Shown here one piece after another: positions 52,441 to 64,000 of a stretch of DNA of 64,000 bases (the stretch's first letter is position 1; each line of letters opens with the position of its first letter). This DNA is from Vicugna vicugna. Lineage: Eukaryota. Under the pieces are notes generated by a model. That model did not search any database, was not told where the DNA came from, and worked only from the letters and a program-made list of their open reading frames with translations. Both the position numbers and the translations under genes were made by a program. The stretch is from assembly GCA_013265495.1 (NCBI GenBank), contig MU058650.1:213394-277393 (forward strand), written 5' to 3'.

Positions 52441-53267
52441 GCCCCATATACCTAATTGTTGTGATATTTTTGTTAGCAGTTTATGAAGTCACTCCATCAG
52501 TGGGCCTAAGGATCTCTAGGAAGCATGTGATATGGAAACACAAATGAGATGGTTATTGGGAAATTTAAGCATTATGTTATAATGAAAGGTAACATTTGAT
52601 CTGGGTTTGGAAGGATCAGTAGGGATCCTTCATAGACTGTCCTTAAAATATTGATATGCTCTGAAACTGTTGAAGTTCTACATGGCTAATGCACAATGTT
52701 ATGTGAGGTAGAGTAAGGACAGATAAACCTAGGAGTTAGAAAGGAGTTAGATTTTGAAGAACCTCTTATGTCAATATAAAATTAAAGTTATGATTATATT
52801 TTCTTTTCAGTTATAAGACTCTGGCACCAATATGAACATGGATAGATAGAAAGTAGATGTCAGGGACAAGGATAGCAGATAAAAGCTTGGTGCAAAAGTC
52901 AAAATAAATGATAAAAGGGACCTTAACTATGGGTGACTAATAATTTTTCTAACATTTTACTATGAAAATTTTCAATCAAACAGAAAAGTTGAAAGAATTT
53001 TTAAGTCAGTACCCTTATATCTGGTGGCAGCTAGACATTACCATTAACATTTTACTAAACTTGCTTTGTTATATATCCATCCACTCATCCATTCATTCTC
53101 TATTCAACCATCACTCCACTTTAGTTTTTGATTTATTTCAAAGTAAATTTCAAACATTTACCTTCTCACTACATATATGAGCATGCATATTATTCATCAG
53201 AGTTCAATAATTGTTACATTTTTACCTTTTGAGGTAACTGTATGTACAATAAAATGCACAACTTAAA

Positions 53268-53726
53268 TGTCCATCACCAGGTGAATGGATAGAGAAAATG
53301 TGATATATATAAACATATATACAGTGGAATATTACTCAGCCATTAAAAAGAATGAAATAATGCCATTTGCAGCAATATGCATGTGTCTAGAGATTATGAC
53401 ATTAAGTGAAGTAAGTCAAAGAAAGACAAATGTCATATGACATCATATATGTGGAATCTAAAAAAGATTAAAATTTTATTTGCAAACCAGAAATAGACTC
53501 ACAGACATAGCAAACAAACTATGGTTACTTCAGGGGGAAGTGGGAAGAGGGATAAATTAAGAGTTTAGGATTAACAGATACACAGTACTAAATATAAAAT
53601 AGATAAACAAGACCTTAGATACACAGTACTAAATATAAAATAGATAAACAACAAGGACCTTACTGTATAGCTCAATGAACTATATTCAATTCCTTGTTAT
53701 AAGCTATAATGCAAAAGAATCAGAAA

Positions 53727-53772
<46 letters not shown>

Positions 53773-53890
53773 TCAGTTTTGTATATATACATATGTATGT
53801 GTATATGATATATATATCTGAATTGCTTTGCTGTATACCTGAAACTAATATAATAAATCAAATACATTTCAGTAAAAAATAAAATTTAAA
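53268..53890 (+). mobile_element. LINE-1 3' end nested in an older reverse-strand L1M (~52950-54760)
   Basis: tgtccatcaccaggtgaatggata...tggaatattactcagccattaaaaagaatgaaataatgccatttgcagcaa...tgctgtatacctgaaactaa; (TG)n at ~53730-53770; A-rich tail. Confidence 0.9.
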
Positions 53891-54976
53891 AAGCATAAAT
53901 CTTAAGTGTATGTTTGCTGAATTTTGACAAATGCCTATACTTATTTAACCTCTATCAAGATACAAATCACTACCCTCCCTGCAGAAAAATTATCTCATAC
54001 CACTTCCCAGTCAATTTCTAGGCCCACTCCTAGAGGCAAACCCTGTGCTGATTTTCTTTTGACCACAGATTTGTTTTGGCACTTCTAGAATTTTATATAA
54101 ATAAAATTATGCAAAATGTACTATTTTAAGTAAGGTTTGTTCCTCTCAGCATAATTTTTTGAGATTCATCCATGCTGTTGAGTGTATCATTAGCATATTC
54201 TTTTTTATTGCACAGTAATATTCCTCTATATGCATAGACATACCACAGTTTGTTTATTCTCCTAGAAGAAGAATTGATGGACACCTGAGTTATTTCCATA
54301 AGTTGGTTAATAATAATAAAACTGCTATGAACACTCTTGTACAAGTCTTTTTTTCTTTTGAGTAAATACCTAGTAGTGGAATTTTAGGACCATGAGGTGG
54401 ATGCCTGTATAATTTTATGAAAAAGTGCAAAAATTGTTTTTTCAAACTGGTTGTGCTTCATTCATACTCCCACCAAACAATGTCTCAGTTACTCCATGTT
54501 CTCATTAGTTGTGCAGTTACCAGACTTTTACATTTTAAACATTCTGATGGATCTATAATCATATATATTTATGGGGTTTAGTTTGCATATTCCTGATAAG
54601 TAATGAGGTTGAACAGTTTTTTCATGTGCTTATTGGTCATTTGTATATTTGCCTTTGTGAAGTGTCTTTCAAAACCTTAACCCATTTTGATTGTCTTTTA
54701 TCCTTAGCAGTAGGAGTTCTTTATATATACTGGACACTGGTCATTTTTCAAATATATGTTTTGTAATGCCCAATAATTTGAGAATCAGCATGTATAATAA
54801 AACTTTGTATTGGCTGCCTAAAGTATATTGAGATAAATTCTGAAATTGCAGACAGATTGAGCACAAAAGCACATATTGTCACTGTCATTTCCCAAAACCT
54901 GCCATGTGCACAGGAGAGAAAATTAATATTTTTTATATTATTTTCCTTGACTAACACAACATCAGTGCGGATGGAA

Positions 54977-55332
54977 TGTATTTTAGCCAGTTGAGACTGC
55001 TACCACAGAATATCATGGAGTAGGTGGTTTAAACAACAAACATTTATTTCTTACAATTCTGGAGACAGGAAGCCCAAGGTAAAATGCCAGCATCTGTATC
55101 TGGTGAGGGTTCACCTTCAGGTTCATAGATGGCCTCCTCCAGTTTTAACTTCATATAGTGAAAGGAGAAAGCCCGCTATCTTGGGTCTCTTTTATGTAAG
55201 CACCAATCCCACTTAGGAAGGCTTCATCCTCATGACCTAATCACCTCCCACAGGCCCCATCTCCTAATACCATCATATTAGGCACTAGGTTTCAAGACAT
55301 GAATTTGAGGCACAAACATTCAGACTATAACA
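54977..55332 (-). mobile_element. MLT1 (MaLR) solo LTR
   Basis: ggtggtttaaacaacaaacatttatttcttacaattctggag...cctcatgacctaatcacctccca...catgaatttgagg.acaaacattcagactataaca. Confidence 0.85.
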
Positions 55333-57604
55333 GGAGGATAACAGAATGAAAAATTTTTTCTGAGGTAAAATACAGAGAATATGATCACAGTATAGGTGAT
55401 GGCACTGAAGAAGTTGGGATAGTTGCATATAATTCTAGATTGCTAGCTTATACTGTCAATTACAAGAACACAGAAGGCTGCAAATAAGCAGAGAGTTATT
55501 TAGAGTCTTAAGAATTGCAGTTCAGAAGACAGAGATTCAGGTAAATTCAAAACAGTGTTTCTGGGAAAAGAAAGAGTCAGGACTTACAAAGGCAAAAGCC
55601 ATGAGGCTGTGCTGTGAAACAAACAAGGAAATATTTTTCCTTAAGTGATAGCTGTCACGAATTATTTTAGGGCAAGGGTTCGATGTGTATCTTAAGTTTC
55701 TGGCAGATGTTTTACTAGATGTCTTTGTTAGGAGAGTAAGTGGTCAAAAGGTCAGATTCCATTCAGGCTGAGATGTATATAAGCCACACTTCTCCAGGGA
55801 GCACCTAGCTCCATTTTAGGGAGCTCTCTTAGCAATATCGACTTTATTTTAATTTTTTCTCCACAATACAGCTGGGTGGGCTTAGTTATAACCATAAGAA
55901 ATAAAGAGGAGGAGGGGAATATGAGTTTGATTTGGGGATTGTTATATTTTGAGATCAATTTGGACGTGAAAGTGTTGATGTCTAAGGGGGAGTTAGACAT
56001 ATGGGTCTAGAACTCTTTATGAATGAGTTATTTCATTCCTCATTTGACAGATGAAGAAACTAATGTCTTGAAGAGGAATAGTGACTTGATCAAAATCATA
56101 TTGGCAGATCCAGGTCAAGAATTCAGGGCTCTGGCGATGTTTTTAAAATTGAGAAAACAATTATTTCGGTCATGAAAATATTTTTTTTAGCAACTGTATG
56201 GTTGAACAACAACAGTAAAACTTCAGAGCATACTATTAAAAACAGGTTTATGTTTAACATACAGAAAATTTATATTAGGTATATTTAATACATATTTTTG
56301 GCATAGTGTATTATGTTAAAAACTCTTAGATTTCACCTGTCTCACCACATTTTCAAAATAATGACACTCATTCAACATCCTGCCAGTTGAATTTATAGTC
56401 ACAATTTCATTAAAAAAAAAAAAAGAGAGAGAGAATTCAGGGCTCTTGCTTCTCTGTTTTGCATTCTCCTTGTGGGCACTCAGTGATGGCATTCCCATGG
56501 AATATTAGTGCAGAAATAAAACTTTGTTTTATAAACATTTAAGTCTTTTCTCCAAACAGCTGCACACCAAAGGGAACTACCAGTTGCACTCCAGAGTTCA
56601 CTGCTACCTTAATGCCAGTTGCTGATTTTGCTCACCTGTGGAGATTAGTGGTACAGATTGTTTCAGATGATGTCAAGTGTTGTTCAAAGTCCTTCAGCTC
56701 TTCAATCTTTTGCTCTTTAAAAGGATTAAGTTTTGAATGCCAGTGTGGTCTAGCTTAATTGACTACCCAATATTAAACCAACTTGCCCAAAATGGCTGTC
56801 TGCTAAAACATGCAAAAGTGGAATAAACAGAATTATGGCTGTGCTCCTTTGTTGAAGCGTGTTGGCTCCCCACATGGAGACAGAGGAGACAAGTGAAGCA
56901 CCATTCTATTCTATTTAAATGCCAACAGTTCTATACCTACTATTCTTATGGAACTCTTGAACTTCACCCTTCAATTCCTAAACAAATGACTTCTTAGTAG
57001 ACAGACCAGAAATACAGACTCAGTTGACCAGTTTTACCAACCTGCAGATTCCAAGTGTTATTAAATGGATTTATTTCCATGAATCACTTTATGAATTCTG
57101 AGGTTCAAAAAGAAAGTTTATGATTATGACTTTGTTTTAGGAAATACTATAAATTCCACCTAGATGATATCTCATATTTACAAATAAATCCAAAGTATAA
57201 GCATGGGAACTGGGGAAGGGTTGATGTTACGTGTGTGACAGGAGAAAATTAAACACTATGTCTATTTGCTTATTAATAAGATATCCCACCAGTGAATAGA
57301 AGAGTAGAGAACTCCCTTAAATTGAGATTTCAAATGAGAATTAAATAAGAATCTTAACCAAATCCTCTACAATCTCAGACCCTCTTCTGAATTCAGGCAT
57401 TTCCCAGTTCAACCTATGGCTCACCAGGTCAGAAATGCCATCTCGGACATGACTCTTCTCCCTTCGCTTTTCCTCACCTCTAACTCAGATAGAAACAAAT
57501 GCTCAAGTAGAAACAAACAATTTTACTTTTAAAATGATAACAACATATTTAGGAATTATTTCCCCTCATCACCTTATATCACCAAATGTCTGGATTTCAT
57601 CACC

Positions 57605-57713
57605 TTGGCTGAGGGCTCACAGTCTTTAAGGTATTAGCCTGCCATGACTCCCTTCGCCTGGCAAAGCAATAAAAGTGTCCTTTTCTAATTCTCAAAAATA
57701 AAAATAAATAAAT
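57605..57713 (+). mobile_element. Polyadenylated LTR 3' fragment
   Basis: gctcacagtcttt...agcctg...ccttcgcctggcaaagcAATAAAa matches the reverse complement of 58980-59040 and 61360-61420; an A-rich tail begins at 57694. Confidence 0.7.
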
Positions 57714-58423
57714 CTAGGTCCAAAGATTCATTTAACAAATACTTAAGTGCCAGCTATGGACCATACAATGTGCTAGGTGCTGGAGACACAGCAATTAACA
57801 AAATGGAAAGAAAAATCCCTGGTACCATGGGATTTGCATTCTACTGGATAAGAAATAATGTTCATATAGTGCCTTTTCTGTGCTAGTCATGTCCTGAGTG
57901 CTGAAATACACTGTATCAACTCATCTACTCTTGACCACACCCTAATGCCTCATTGTACTGACAAGGAAACTGAGACACAGAGAGGTTAAATAACATGTCC
58001 AGGACCAGAGAGCTAGTAAATAGTAGAGCTGGCACACAACTCAGAGCCTTGTTTCCCTTTTTACTCTACCCATGCTTATTTCCATGGGGATTTCATCCAG
58101 TCTTATATCTTTAAATAACATTTATACTGCAATGGCCCCCAAATTTATATATCACACTTTTTTTTCCCCCTGAATACTAAGCTATTTTAATAGGCAATAT
58201 CCCATTGCCTAGCCAGTATCCTCTTTGGATTTCTAACAGATTTCAGTGTAAAGTACACCAGACTGTTCTCCTGATCTCCCCTGGACCCCAAGCTGTTCCA
58301 CTTGTAATTTTCTCCATCTCAGTTGATGATGACTATATCTTTCTAGTTTCTCAGCCCCCAAATCTCTCGTTTTACCATATGCCACATACATCTTGGCTCT
58401 CCATTCAAAACATAAATTGGAAA

Positions 58424-60350
58424 TGGAGTACTGATATAATAAAAACCTAAAATTGTGGCTTTGGCTTTAGGAATGAGCAGCATATTGAGGCCAGAAGGCT
58501 TCAAATTTACTGTCAGAAGAGGCAATAAGGAAGGCATTTTCAAGGGAGGCCACACTAATGGTGACCCACGTAATATAGTTTATCAGCACTGTCATCTGTA
58601 GAAACATGGAAAATGAGAAATACACCTAATAAAATTTGTACATTTGGCTAAGGAGATTTCCAGGCATAATGATGAGCGTGCCAATTATTCTTCTTTAGCT
58701 GCACCTAATGACATGTTTATGGAAAAAGATGAAATAAAGTAGGAAATGTTTAGTTTTCAAGCAGATCGAGGAAGATTTTCAAGTCAAGGCCTTCTGGGTT
58801 CCTGGCAAAAAGAAAAAAAAAACTCTAAAAATAAGAAATGACCATAGAGAAAATATCAAATCTAGAGTTTTTGAGTTAAAAATGTGATCTTAGGGACAGA
58901 TCTTGTTACTGAAAAATCAGCCTCTGTACCCCAAAAGATGAATTCAAACTCAAAGACAGAGTTCTTGGGAGCAAAAGGGAAGCTTTATTGCTTTGCCAGG
59001 CAAAGGGGATCACAGTAGGTTAAGCTCAAAGACTGTGAACCCATGTTGGGTTGGGGCTTGGGGATTATATAGACAAATGGGTTGGAGCATAAAGATGATA
59101 ACAACAAGGGTCTCTGGTGAAACTTTCTCCTAAATCTTTGTGAGTCTCTCTGGCATCATGGGACCTTCTGTTGGTCTGGAGGGTCATCAGCTTGTGACCT
59201 TCTTTATCTGGTAAACCCATCTGGCACCATGGAGAAACTCTAGGGTGTCTGTTCCTTCTCCTGAGGTTATCTTTCATGACCCTTTCCCTGAAACATAGCT
59301 CCTGGGTTAAGGGACGAGTTATTAAGGGCAAGATGCCATGGGGTTGCTAAGCACAGAGGCAGTTAAGTAGATAAAAGAGTGACAGGACTATAGTGTAGCA
59401 AAAGGAAAAACAAGTTAGAACAAATCATGCAGACGGAACTGTTACGCAGTTTTAGCATTAGGGAGGCCATTTTGTCAGGTTTTTCACTCTTTCAGTTTCA
59501 AAGCCCTTTGCTAAGATATCAGAAAGAACTCAAGTGTTTTCTCATAGGCATTCTCAGCTAGATTTAAGGGCTTTTAAAATCTTTAAAATATTGTTTCATA
59601 GCACTCTAATGCTCAATCCAACATAGAGACAGACCTGTCTTAAAGAGATATATGGGTATGGCTTTTGCCTAACACAGCAAATTATAATTTGATCACAAGA
59701 AAACTGACGTTTTAAAATAAATTTTCCATTTTTGACTGAAAAGGTGAAAGGCCATTCAAAATTAAAAAAAAAAAGATACTTTGGGCCCCTAAATCCTTGT
59801 AGACAGAAAGCAGATTGAGAAAGCTATAAAATGGGTATTTCTTATGGGAAATGAAAAGTGATTTAGAGTCTGGGCCCAAAAGCTTTGTGGGATGAGCAGA
59901 GGGCATGGAGAAGGACTTCCGGGGAACAAGAAGGGACCTTTATCAGGGACTAGAAACACGTGCCTGCCTGTAGTTTAAATTTGTTAGGAATGACACGTGC
60001 CTCCCATTTTTTCCTTCTTCCTTTTGAGTGGAAATGGCCATTGTGGTCCTCTTGTCCCTGTCTCATCACAGTATGTGGGGCAATGGTTGGAAAAGGGGAC
60101 AGATAACATCTCTTTAGTTCACAAGTTTTGGGATTGAGAAGACTCATAACCAAAGAGCTTTATCCATACCTCGATCGAAATTAGAAGACAAACTCCTAAA
60201 AGTTGAGCCTTAGCCCCATAGTGTATTAGAATTAAATTTTGAAACATGGGAAAGGGGGTTAGATTTTACACGTGAGAGGGACATGGCGCATTGGGAGTCC
60301 TATGGCAGGCTGGTAGCTAAACTCCAAAGACGGCTTCCAGGTGAGTGCTT
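58424..60350 (+). mobile_element. MaLR (MLT1-type) internal remnant, interrupted by an LTR
   Basis: aaaaacctaaaattgtggctttggctttagga...atttggctaaggagatttccagg...ctcccattttt...tctctttagttcacaag motifs recalled from MLT1 internal sequence. Confidence 0.55.
58903..59500 (-). mobile_element. Solo ERV LTR
   Basis: tgttactg...tttca termini; ctttattgctttgccaggcaaagggga (reverse-strand AATAAA); colinear with 61280-61891. Confidence 0.8.
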
Positions 60351-61179
60351 TCTAGCATCCCCACTCTTGTGTACTACTTCTAAAAATCTCTTTCTCTGAC
60401 TGTTCCTTTACTAGCAACCTGTTCTTGGTTTGTAGATGCAGTATCACCTTTAGTCTGTCTGAAGGTACTCATTTGAGGTCTGCTTAATTAAAGTGAAATC
60501 TCCCTTCCCCTCCCCTGAATTAAATCTTATTTTACTCATGATCATTTCTTTCTGTGTGTGTTATTTTTCTTTCATGTTGCAGTCTTTCCTCAAATAACAT
60601 CTGATGTTAAGTGATTTTTAAGGATTAGAAAAAGACTGACTGGAAACATAGATGGATCTTGGTAACTAGCAAGCCTTCCATCTTAAGATCAAAAGTTGTT
60701 CCCACCTCAAGACTTTTGTTCTTATTGCCCTTTGGGGGATATTTTCACACTTAGTTTCTTCTGGTCATACAGGTGTTCCTTCAAATGTCCCGTATTTGGT
60801 CATCCATTCCTTGGCAAAAGTAGTTAACGTCACCAACTACAATCAGTGCACATATACACAGTCTCTCCACATTTCATTCTTATTAAGTTTGGTTATTATT
60901 TTAAATGATCCTTTGGTTTGCTTATTTCTTTGGTTTTGTCTATTTCACAGGCTTATTTGTTTGACTGTCTCTGGCTCTGAAATGTCAAGCTGTGAGGACA
61001 GTGACCTCTCCCACCTTCCCCACCACCACACCCCCAGTACACAGGACAAGGCAACGCACAGTGTATGTCAGTCGTAAATATTTGTTGAGAGAATTAATAA
61101 CCAAAGCTCCAGTCAGCCATATTGATCTCGAAGTCTCACATGAGTATCTTAACTCCTGTCCTATATTAATCCCTCTCAG

Positions 61180-62328
61180 CGTTGCTGGGGCCCAGGTGGC
61201 CACTCAAAAATGTGCCTCAATCACATATTGATTATTTTGAATTAAAATTAAGGAATGGCCGATGCAAGAGGGTCATTCTTGTTGCCAAAAGTTTGGCCCC
61301 CATCCCTGATGAGCCAAATAACTCTGAGACAAGGTCTTGGAGCTTAGCAGGAAAGAGGCAGCTTGATTGCTTTGCCAGGCAAAGGGGACTCACAGCAGGC
61401 TCGTGCCTTCAAAACTGTGAGCCCGTCTTAGGGTTGGGGCTTAGTGGTTATACAGTGAACAAGTTGACGTGTAAAAGGGGATAATAGTTAACAAAAGGCT
61501 CTGGTAAATCTTCCTCCGAAATCTTGGCATGTCCATCCAGTGACATGGGGCTGTCCAGTGGTCTGGAGGGTCATGAGCCTGTGACCTTCTCAATCTGATC
61601 AGACTCATCAGGCACCAGGAGGAACTTCAGAGGGTCTGGTTGTTCCCCTGAGGTTATCATCCCATGACTCCCTTCCTGGGGGAATGACTCAAAATCCAAA
61701 CACGATTGTGAATTTCAGTTATCAGCGTAAGGTGAAGCAAACAGGAAATCAGTAGCTCCGACTCCAACAGTGGGCCTGGGGCTGGGAGCAGCATCCGGCC
61801 AGCCAGATCTGCTGATCATTCTAAAGCAACAGTATGTACAAGGCCAGGAATTAGTTAGCCTAAGTGTGGTCATTTTATTATTTCTCCTTCACTCTCACCC
61901 TCCTTTCCATCTTCTGATAGCAGCGAGTCAATCTCTCATGTGAAAGGCATACTCCATGCATCTAGGGGTAGAAAGACACCTTTATCACAGAGACAGGATG
62001 TTTGGGCCAAGAAGCCCGTATAAGCAAACTTCCTTACTTTAATTTACTACCCCAAGCTCAAACCCTGTTTAGATTTTTTTCACTAATTTAGCACCCAAAA
62101 CCTGTTTCTTTGTTCTGTCAATTCCTCACAAATTTATTTTTCCCTTTGTCTAAAATGTATAAAAGCTGCCTGCTTTGACCACTTCTGAGGCCTCATTTCT
62201 ATGATAGCTCTGTGCTCATGATTTAAAATTTTCTTTTTCTTCTGTCAATCTGTCTTGTGTCAATTTTATTATTAGTCTAGTGACAAGAACTCGTGGATGG
62301 TAGAAGGGGAAATTTTACCCTCCCAACA
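61180..62328 (+). mobile_element. ERV1-type LTR split by a nested LTR
   Basis: 5' part gccactcaaaaatgtgcc...attgattattttga; 3' part gtataaaag (TATA)...aatctgtcttgtgtcaatt...aattttaccctcccaaca, with an ending like that at 40273. Confidence 0.75.
61280..61891 (-). mobile_element. Nested solo LTR (family of 58903-59500)
   Basis: TG...CA termini; TSD ttct/ctct; shared core ggtctggagggtcat.agc.tgtgaccttct and cctgaggttatc. Confidence 0.8.
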
Positions 62329-62892
62329 ATGTCTTTACATAACTTTAAGAAAATGGCTATTAAATGTTATAATAAATACTGTTGACATCTGCTGGAAAAT
62401 TGTCTCCTTATGGCACTACGTCTGGATCACAAAAATCCAGGCTGAGGAGACTATTTTCAGCAGCTTTTTTTTTTTTAAGGTGATTTTATGCTGTGATTGT
62501 TTCTCAGATAAAGCAGAAGGAGGCACGGAAGAGAAGGGCACTAAAATTAGGTCAGAACAGCTGGGTTTGAGTCGGGGCTCTGTCCGTTACTGGTTGTCTG
62601 ACCTTATTCAAGTAGCTTAAATTCATGGAGCCGACATCTTTATGTGTAATTTGAGAACGATGCCCACACAGACAGTTGAAGTTCTGTATGAAAATACTCG
62701 CTTAGTGCCTGTCATGAAGTAGTGACTATAAATAATCACTTTCTGCTTATACTATATTTTACAATTGAAAGCACTTTTTTATGCATAATTTAAATCTCTT
62801 CTCTTCTTTATTCTCCATTGTGAATGTGGTAACAGAAACTAATCCATCAAATAAAATGCTTTTAATGTTTTACATTAGTTTTCTAATTGAGG

Positions 62893-63076
62893 GGCCTTAC
62901 CCTATTTTGTAAATAAAATCTTAGAGAAATACAGCCATGCCCACTCTTTTGTATGTTATCTATGGTGTGGCTGCTTTTATATTACAGCAGTAGAATTGAA
63001 TAGTTGGGGGAGAGGTTGCTTGAAAGCTTAAAATGCTTCATTCTGGCTTTTTAGAGAAAAAATTAACTGATCCTGG
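62893..63076. mobile_element. MER58A-like hAT remnant
   Basis: ttttgtaaataaaatcttagagaaatacagccatgcccact...ggctgctttta..ttacagcagtagaattgaatagttg. Confidence 0.7.
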
Positions 63077-63088
63077 TTTTATCCATCA

Positions 63089-63612
63089 TTAAGACAGGAA
63101 GGGGGCAGGGCACAGCCATTCAAGGACTGCTATAGCAATTAACATCAAAATGGAGGAAGATTCAGCCCCCAGGAGGCCTTGAGGCTCAAGATGGAGGGGG
63201 ATTTAACTTCTAGTAGACCTTGAGCTTCGTTAGACACCTATTGTAATATATTAGCATGATAAATAACATGCCCACAGGCACCATGGCAGTCCCAAGGCTG
63301 GCCTTTGTGGCCTTTTGTAGGCCAAAGAGTGGGAAATGGCCAACTTCCCGGGAATCCCAGCCCCTTCCCCAGGCTACTTAGGCAGGTCCTTCCAATTATT
63401 AGCATATGAAGCCACCAAAGCCCCCAAAAAACAACAACAGGATACCTCGCGACCTCCCCTCTCTCTCCCTCTTCGGAGATGGCCCGCACTCTGTCTGTGG
63501 AGTCCGAGCCTACTTTTAATCTGAGTGCCCAACCCCCACACCTGGTGGCCTTTCTCTTGTCTTTCAATGTATCTCTCTGAATAAGTCTACCTTTACTCAA
63601 CTGTGGCTCATT
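63089..63612 (+). mobile_element. LTR interrupted by a young L1
   Basis: Repeated caaaatggagg/caagatggagg enhancer-like units and an aataag signal-like site at ~63580; cut abruptly by poly(T) at ~63614. Confidence 0.6.
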
Positions 63613-63613
63613 C

Positions 63614-64000
63614 TTTTTTTTTTTTAAACATTTTTTATTGATTTATAATCATTTTACAATGTGTCAAATTCCAGTGTTCAGCATAATTTTTCAGTCATTC
63701 ATGGACATATACACACTCATTGTCACATTTTTTTTTCTGTGAGTTATCATAACATTTTGTGTATATTTCCCTGTGCTATACAGTGTAATCTTGTTTATCT
63801 ATTCTACAATTTTGAAATCCCAGTCTATCCCTTCCCACCCTCCACCCCCCTGGTAACCACAAGTCTGTATTCTCTGTCTGTGAGTCTATTTCTGTCCTGT
63901 ATTTATGCTTTGTTTTTGTTTGTTTGTTTTTGTTTTTGTTTTTTAGATTCCACATATGAGCAATCTCATATGGTATTTTTCTTTCTCTTTCTGGCTTACT
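63614..64000 (-). mobile_element. Young LINE-1 3' UTR (runs off the window)
   Basis: Poly(T) followed by the reverse complement of the same 3' end seen at 19752-19930 and 23306-23425. Confidence 0.92.

Overview
AT-rich, CpG-depleted, repeat-dense mammalian genomic DNA with no intact protein-coding gene that I can support. A tRNA-derived SINE resembling the camelid Vic-1 family suggests camel or alpaca (family names are recalled, not searched). The main feature is an essentially full-length, intronless processed pseudogene of SLC35A3 (Golgi UDP-GlcNAc transporter) at 16516-21224, with a CpG-rich 5' UTR, a disabled CDS, a ~3.5 kb 3' UTR, an ATTAAA signal and an 11-bp target-site duplication. 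The rest is layered LINE-1 fragments, ERV1/ERVL-type LTRs and internal remnants, MaLR (MLT1), hAT MER elements, L2/MIR and microsatellites. I found no convincing novel multi-gene system. The most unusual signals are: (1) a strong 5'-concentrated A/T-to-G/C substitution bias with a retained CpG island in the retrocopy, suggesting GC-biased gene conversion; (2) a ~250-bp hairpin made of two LTR 3' ends fused back to back at a microhomology; (3) a polyadenylated LTR fragment; and (4) a ~500-bp polypyrimidine microsatellite that expanded inside an L1 3' UTR.
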